Of a stretch of 12,159 nt of DNA, positions 7,478 through 12,159 are shown piece by piece. Made by a program: the position numbers and the translations under genes. A model generated the notes under the pieces. It was not told the DNA's origin, did not search any database, and was given only the letters and a program-made list of their open reading frames with translations. Each line of letters starts with the position of its first letter. Position 1 is the first letter of the stretch. This DNA comes from Thermodesulfobacteriota bacterium. GTDB taxonomy: Bacteria > Desulfobacterota > Desulfobulbia > Desulfobulbales > SURF-16. Location of the stretch: positions 1-12,159 of the forward strand of contig JBDLIE010000071.1 of assembly GCA_039715015.1 (NCBI GenBank), read 5' to 3'.

Positions 7478-9244
7478 CTACATGCTTGGGTCACAGCTTG
7501 GGTCGCCAGGCATACACAGCCCTGTCCGTTCCGGACGGGTGAAGGTATGACAGAAAGAGCAGTCAAACCCGCGGTTGCTGACATGGCCATGCATGGACTC
7601 GTGGGTTTTTGGACTCTTCTCCCGATGACACTGGCCACAAACCACGGCCTGGGTGTCCTTCAGCCTGTAACCCAGGGCATCAAGCTCTGAGTCGGTGCTT
7701 GGATCAAGGTTGCCGGAGGGATGACACTGCTCACAGGCGGCAATCTCGGCCGCAGGCGTGACGCCATGGTTGATAAGCTGATAGGTATCAGTGGTGATCA
7801 GCTCATAGGGCTCAGTGGCCTGGTAGCCCATATTCACCAGTCCCTGTTCAATGGAGGTATAGATATTACCGCTCTTCACCAGATACTCATAGGTATCAAG
7901 GGCGATGAGACGGTTATCCGCTGAGGTCATAAAGGCCTCAGAGGTCTTATACTTGAAGGGGTAGAGCTTACCGTCATTGATGTTACCCTGGGGAACTGAG
8001 GTCTGGTATGTCCCATTTTCAGCGCTGTACATCAGGGAAATATCATCGCCGAGAAGATAATTCTCACTGAGACGATTCCAGAAACGGTAGGTCGGTTTCA
8101 GATCCGTTGCCTCCACCCGGTCAGGATGGCCAGGACAGGGCTCGGCATCACTACAGGTGGTTGGATCAGAGCCATCGTGGTGGGTCATCCAGATACGATG
8201 GGTCTCGGTCGCTGTCTTACCATAGGTGGGAATATGGCAGGACTGGCAGGCAACACGGGCCACATGGCGGTCAGGCTCTACACTTCTGCCCAGGTCCGCA
8301 TGACCGCTTCCTGAATCCATGCCTATATGACACTGCACACACTGGACCTCTGAGGCCAGATCCGTTGGCCGCAGGTCTGAGCCCTTACCGGTTACCTTGT
8401 GATTCTGCCAGGTATGGCAGTCGATACACTGCACATTGGCGCCGGCCGTGTTCATATGGGCATCATAGTGAGGATCGGTATTGGTTGCCAACTCCCAGGC
8501 AACATCACCACGCTTGACACCGTTGGCGCCACCGCCATAGGCATGACATTTCAAGCAGTTGGTATTCTTCGGCACATGAATATTGCGGACCATGGTGTCC
8601 GTGGGGGCTGGACTGCCCATGGAACCATCGGCCAGGCGGGTACGTGTCAGGGCGTACTCCTCGCTATGACACATAAGACAGTCGATATTGGTCAGATCTG
8701 CCTGGGGATCATCAGGACGCAGGCCGCGACCGGCATGGCATTTACCGCACACCGCCCAGTCGCCGGTGATATTGATGCAGTAGGCATTCATGGCGTTGGT
8801 CAGTTTGCCCTGCTCCGCGGTTGGACTGGTGACCATATCAGGGGCCTCACCGAGCCAACGATAATGAACGGCCTGGGCCATTTCATCAAACTGGACCTGA
8901 TGACAGCCAAGGCAGTTGTTCGGATAGTCCTGATAGAGAAGGTCCGCATGGGTCCCGCCACCAGGGGCGCAGGCCGGATCAGCGCTACAGTCAGGATCAG
9001 CGCAGTCTGTAAGGCCGTCACCGTCATTATCGATGGTGTCGTCACATATCTCTGGATCGACGACAATCAAGCAGGCCTCATCAGCAGCACAATCCGAATC
9101 ATCACAATCGACCAGACCATCACCGTCATTATCCGTACCGTCAGAACATTGATTCTCAAAGGGTGGTGCGGCCAACACCATGGTCACATCTGCCGCGCAA
9201 AAAAACAGCGAGGTAATGCATAAAAATGCTAACACTTTTTTCAT
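7478..9244 (-). CDS. Secreted decaheme cytochrome c with OTR (octaheme tetrathionate reductase)-like core and N-terminal Cys/Asp-rich repeats
   Basis: 588 aa, SD AGGGAG, N-terminal signal peptide. Ten CxxCH motifs: CLGCH, CGKCH, CLMCH, CLKCH, CIDCH, CVQCH, CQSCH, CEQCH, CGQCH, CSFCH. OTR-type motifs VHYRW, GK..N..NAYC, GGGANGVKRGD, DAHM, HVARVACQSCHIP, KLYPFK, INHGV.P and LGY, with the long gap between hemes 7 and 8. Confidence 0.9.
   Translation of the reverse strand: MKKVLAFLCITSLFFCAADVTMVLAAPPFENQCSDGTDNDGDGLVDCDDSDCAADEACLIVVDPEICDDTIDNDGDGLTDCADPDCSADPACAPGGGTHADLLYQDYPNNCLGCHQVQFDEMAQAVHYRWLGEAPDMVTSPTAEQGKLTNAMNAYCINITGDWAVCGKCHAGRGLRPDDPQADLTNIDCLMCHSEEYALTRTRLADGSMGSPAPTDTMVRNIHVPKNTNCLKCHAYGGGANGVKRGDVAWELATNTDPHYDAHMNTAGANVQCIDCHTWQNHKVTGKGSDLRPTDLASEVQCVQCHIGMDSGSGHADLGRSVEPDRHVARVACQSCHIPTYGKTATETHRIWMTHHDGSDPTTCSDAEPCPGHPDRVEATDLKPTYRFWNRLSENYLLGDDISLMYSAENGTYQTSVPQGNINDGKLYPFKYKTSEAFMTSADNRLIALDTYEYLVKSGNIYTSIEQGLVNMGYQATEPYELITTDTYQLINHGVTPAAEIAACEQCHPSGNLDPSTDSELDALGYRLKDTQAVVCGQCHREKSPKTHESMHGHVSNRGFDCSFCHTFTRPERTGLCMPGDPSCDPSM
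8969..9157 (-). repeat. Two intragenic protein repeats C-x-D-x-x-DNDGDGL-x-DC-x-D-x-DC-x-AD-x-AC
   Basis: aa 30-58 ENQCSDGTDNDGDGLVDCDDSDCAADEAC and aa 65-92 EICDDTIDNDGDGLTDCADPDCSADPAC; 34-aa period, four Cys each, DxDxDG loop. Confidence 0.9.
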
Positions 9245-9412
9245 TAATTCTCTCCCTTACTTACTGAAAATAAGTTAACTACTTGCCTATCCAACATCCC
9301 CTGAAACTTTCTGAAACTTATATATGTATCTCTTGATTTTTTTTAAAAAGAGCCGGTTCTGAAGAACATGAATATGCGGCACAATGTCGCAAATTAGCCC
9401 ATAAAAAAGTTT

Positions 9413-9436
9413 ATCTGTCAAATTTATTTGACAGAT
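9413..9436. promoter_or_regulatory. Perfect palindrome, putative transcription-factor site upstream of the cytochrome
   Basis: ATCTGTCAAAT-TT-ATTTGACAGAT: 11-bp perfect arms with core TGTCAA-N6-TTGACA, about 170 bp upstream of the cytochrome start. Confidence 0.6.
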
Positions 9437-9940
9437 CAGCATCAAGTTCAGCCTATTCAGAAAGGCCTTTTTTGTATGTAATTTCAATAGGTAACGATTT
9501 TCGGTTAACAGTTGGTGTCAACCATTAACACCTTGTTTTTGTCAGAAGACTTACCAAAACCGGAAGGAGCAGGCTACAGGTGCTAACCCATAAACTGTTA
9601 ACACCCATAGCCATGAGCAGTTTCGAAAAATATGTCTCTTAATTTTCTAAAAATTTGTAAAATTTTAGGCAATACCCTCCCTAAACAATGTCCTTTTCCA
9701 AAACCTCTTAAAACAAAAATGGCTGGAAGCCCTTAGGTGGAGGTGGGATGGGAAACAGGAAAATTTTACGCAATGAGGAACTCTGGACAGGACAGATATG
9801 TCCATACACAGGAAGGGAGCAATGTCTGCTCAAATAAACCAGCAGGACTGATGCTGAGACGGGCACTGCCTGCTTTGGCCGTGATCCGTTTTACTCACTC
9901 TTGTTGTGCGGCTAAAATAGTGATTTCTTATTTCTACCTT

Positions 9941-12130
9941 TCAGACAAGTCCAAAGTGGTGGAGACCGTCCATGATACCGGCGGCATAGCAATCCTGGCT
10001 AAAGTAGAGGCGGGGAGTTCCTTTCAACTTCTCCAGCTCTTCGGCATAATTACCCACCACCAGGCCGCGGGCTTGGCCACGGAGCATATCTTCATCATTT
10101 CCTGAATCCCCTGCCACCATGACGTAACGGGGCGGGAAACCATATTTGCTGATCACATAATCGATGGCCTTGCCCTTGGAGGCCCGAATGGGCAGGATGT
10201 CGAGAAACTGGCCGTGGGAGTAGATCACTTCGCAATGGATCTTGGCCTCCTCCAGAACTTTATATACCCAGGCCAGATAGTCATAATCATCGGCCATGTA
10301 ATAGCTGATCTTGTGACTGCGCTGGCCCTCTGCCTCTTGGAAGGTGAGAAATTTGACCTCATCCAGGACCTCTCTGATCTTTTCAGGCTGCCACCGGTAA
10401 GAGATATGCTGCTGCCAGCCCTTGTCCGTGCGTAAATCCGGGCCGTAATACATCTCTGTTCCCACCGAACAGATGAGAACATCCGGAATGGGAATATTGT
10501 GCTCGGTCATGGCGTCCAGGGTCAAACCCAAGCTCCGGCCAGTGGCGACCCCCCAGGCGATCTTGTCCCGATTTTCATCAAGTAAGGCCAAGAGCTTTTG
10601 CAGGCCCTGGTCGTCACCGATCAGGGTGTTGTCAATATCGGTGATCAACAGGTGCTCAAGGCTGGTCAGGCGCTTGCCAAAGGAGGGAGGCTTAAGGGCT
10701 GCTTTGGGGAGAGAGGCCTTCTTCTGGCCCTCTGCTCGAACAAGGTCCGGGAAAACCGTCTGAAACTGCTCCATGCTCTTCTGGCAATGGGCCTGCCATG
10801 AATAATGGCTGAGCACACCGTTAATGCCGTTGTTGGAGTAGCTGTCCCACAGCTGGGTGTTGACCAAGATGGTCTGGATGGCGGTACCGATGGCCTCTGT
10901 GTCTTTGGCATTAACCAGGATGCCGTTTTGGCAATTCTTGACAATATCAACCGGGCCGCCGTCATCAGTGGCAACAATGGGTAAGCCGCAGGCAGAGGCC
11001 TCGATCAAGGTGAGGCCAAATGGTTCCACCAGGGCCGGATTGACAAAGACGCCCTTGGCCTCGGCGCAGAGCCGATAGAGCTCCGGCACCTCAGTGGCAA
11101 AATTATGTTTTTTGGGGATGGCCATTTTTCCGTAGAGGTCAAAACGGTCCATCTGCAACAGCATGTCAGTGAGCACGGCCTGCTCATTTTCCTCCATGGT
11201 GGTGATATTGTGGCGGATACCGGCAAAGACAGCCAGATTGGCCAGGGCCTGCAGCTCCTTATTGCGGCCATAGGCCTCAATAACACCGGTAATATTCTTA
11301 CGGTGGTCAGGACGGCAAAGCACCAGGATGAAGGGCTTTTCAGGTTGGGGCCAGAATTTATGGAGCTCGGCCAGCAGCGTCACCCTGGTCTGCTTGACCT
11401 CTTCGCTCATCAAATCAGTATCAAGCTGGGAATCGTAATAGGGGTAGAAGGTTGCCATGTCGATGCCGGGGGGCACCACCTCATACCGGCCTTCCTTGAA
11501 ATTATCGTAGAGGCCGTACTGTTTGTTAATCTCCTGCTGGGTGGAGGTGATGATCTGGTCGGAGCGTTTGATAATCTGCTCCTCCACCTTGATGCGGGTA
11601 TCGATATGGTACTGTTTGACGATCTCCTTCTGGCTGACGCCGTCGGCCAGCAGCTTTGCCATTTTATTGCGGCCCATGGAGTGACCGGTAAAAACAAAGG
11701 GGGCATCAAAGGCATCGGCAAGTTCCATGGCCACCAGGCCACCGTCGGCGTAATGGCCGTGGAAAAGATCGGCAACCCTCTTCTCGCTCTTCATGAAACG
11801 GATGGTATTATCGACAAACTCCTGGAGGTGGGGCCAGAGCAATTCCTTACGGATATAATGGCGGCCGCCGCAGGCGATGCGGACCAGACGCGCCTTCTGG
11901 GAAAGGGGTTCAATTACCTGGCTGTAGTCCTTGGAGACCGCCTTGTCGTCGATGAGGCGGGTGACCAGATCAACCTGGGCCACGTCCTCTCTTTCGGCCA
12001 AGGCCCTGGCAAGCTCTAGAACATATTTGACCTGGCCACCGGTATCGGCATCGCGGCCCAACTCAGGATCGGTGCCACGAATAAGGCCGTGGATGCTGAA
12101 AAGCTGAAGATATAATCCTTTTTCGCTCAT
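9941..12130 (-). CDS. sps: Sucrose-phosphate synthase (GT4) fused to a C-terminal sucrose-phosphatase-like HAD IIB domain
   Basis: 729 aa. SPS motifs SIHGLIRG..ELGRDADTGGQVKYVLELA, YIRKELLWPHL, HGHYADG, FTGHSMG, RPDHRKNI, GVFVNPALVEPFGLTLIEA, GGPVDI. HAD motifs DIDNTL, VATGRS, ICSVGTE, KISY, LDILP.RASKG.A, AGDSGND.DML, VVGN. Confidence 0.95.
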   Translation of the reverse strand: MSEKGLYLQLFSIHGLIRGTDPELGRDADTGGQVKYVLELARALAEREDVAQVDLVTRLIDDKAVSKDYSQVIEPLSQKARLVRIACGGRHYIRKELLWPHLQEFVDNTIRFMKSEKRVADLFHGHYADGGLVAMELADAFDAPFVFTGHSMGRNKMAKLLADGVSQKEIVKQYHIDTRIKVEEQIIKRSDQIITSTQQEINKQYGLYDNFKEGRYEVVPPGIDMATFYPYYDSQLDTDLMSEEVKQTRVTLLAELHKFWPQPEKPFILVLCRPDHRKNITGVIEAYGRNKELQALANLAVFAGIRHNITTMEENEQAVLTDMLLQMDRFDLYGKMAIPKKHNFATEVPELYRLCAEAKGVFVNPALVEPFGLTLIEASACGLPIVATDDGGPVDIVKNCQNGILVNAKDTEAIGTAIQTILVNTQLWDSYSNNGINGVLSHYSWQAHCQKSMEQFQTVFPDLVRAEGQKKASLPKAALKPPSFGKRLTSLEHLLITDIDNTLIGDDQGLQKLLALLDENRDKIAWGVATGRSLGLTLDAMTEHNIPIPDVLICSVGTEMYYGPDLRTDKGWQQHISYRWQPEKIREVLDEVKFLTFQEAEGQRSHKISYYMADDYDYLAWVYKVLEEAKIHCEVIYSHGQFLDILPIRASKGKAIDYVISKYGFPPRYVMVAGDSGNDEDMLRGQARGLVVGNYAEELEKLKGTPRLYFSQDCYAAGIMDGLHHFGLV

Positions 12131-12159
12131 GTTATCTCATGAATGGAAGGCAAGAGGGG

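Noticed and set aside
9287..9487. 66-aa ORF upstream of the cytochrome (and + strand ORF 9737-10105)
   Set aside because: The first has a TTG start, AT-rich low-information sequence and runs through the palindrome. The second overlaps the sps 3' end in antisense. Neither shows motifs.
9647..9668. Inverted repeat CTAAAAATTT-GT-AAAATTTTAG
   Set aside because: Almost purely A/T within an AT-rich tract, so likely by chance.
9841..9874. AGCAGG...CCTGCT stem as the sps terminator
   Set aside because: Only a 6-bp outer stem with an irregular interior and an interrupted U-tail (GGTTTATTT). Possible, but too weak to call.
1..12159. CRISPR array, IS element or prophage genes
   Set aside because: No regularly spaced repeats and no transposase, integrase or phage-like ORFs were seen.

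Overview
Chromosomal region of an anaerobe, probably a Desulfobacterota member (inference from gene content). It opens with tRNA-Asn(GTT) and its terminator. Next come three co-oriented minus-strand cofactor/metal genes: hemC, bioA and a secreted DUF4198 Ni/Co-uptake-type protein preceded by a perfect NikR-like operator. The rest is a sucrose gene set (PfkB fructokinase, sucrose synthase, fused sucrose-phosphate synthase/phosphatase), interrupted by a 588-aa secreted decaheme c-type cytochrome. The cytochrome has an octaheme tetrathionate reductase (OTR)-like core, two extra C-terminal hemes and two N-terminal Cys/Asp-rich Ca-binding-type repeats. It sits behind a ~700-bp, largely AT-rich intergenic region containing a perfect palindrome, a tandem repeat and mutually exclusive hairpins. 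Three different REP-like palindromic elements occupy three successive intergenic gaps. No transposase, integrase or CRISPR array was seen. All family assignments come from motifs recognised by eye; no database search was run.
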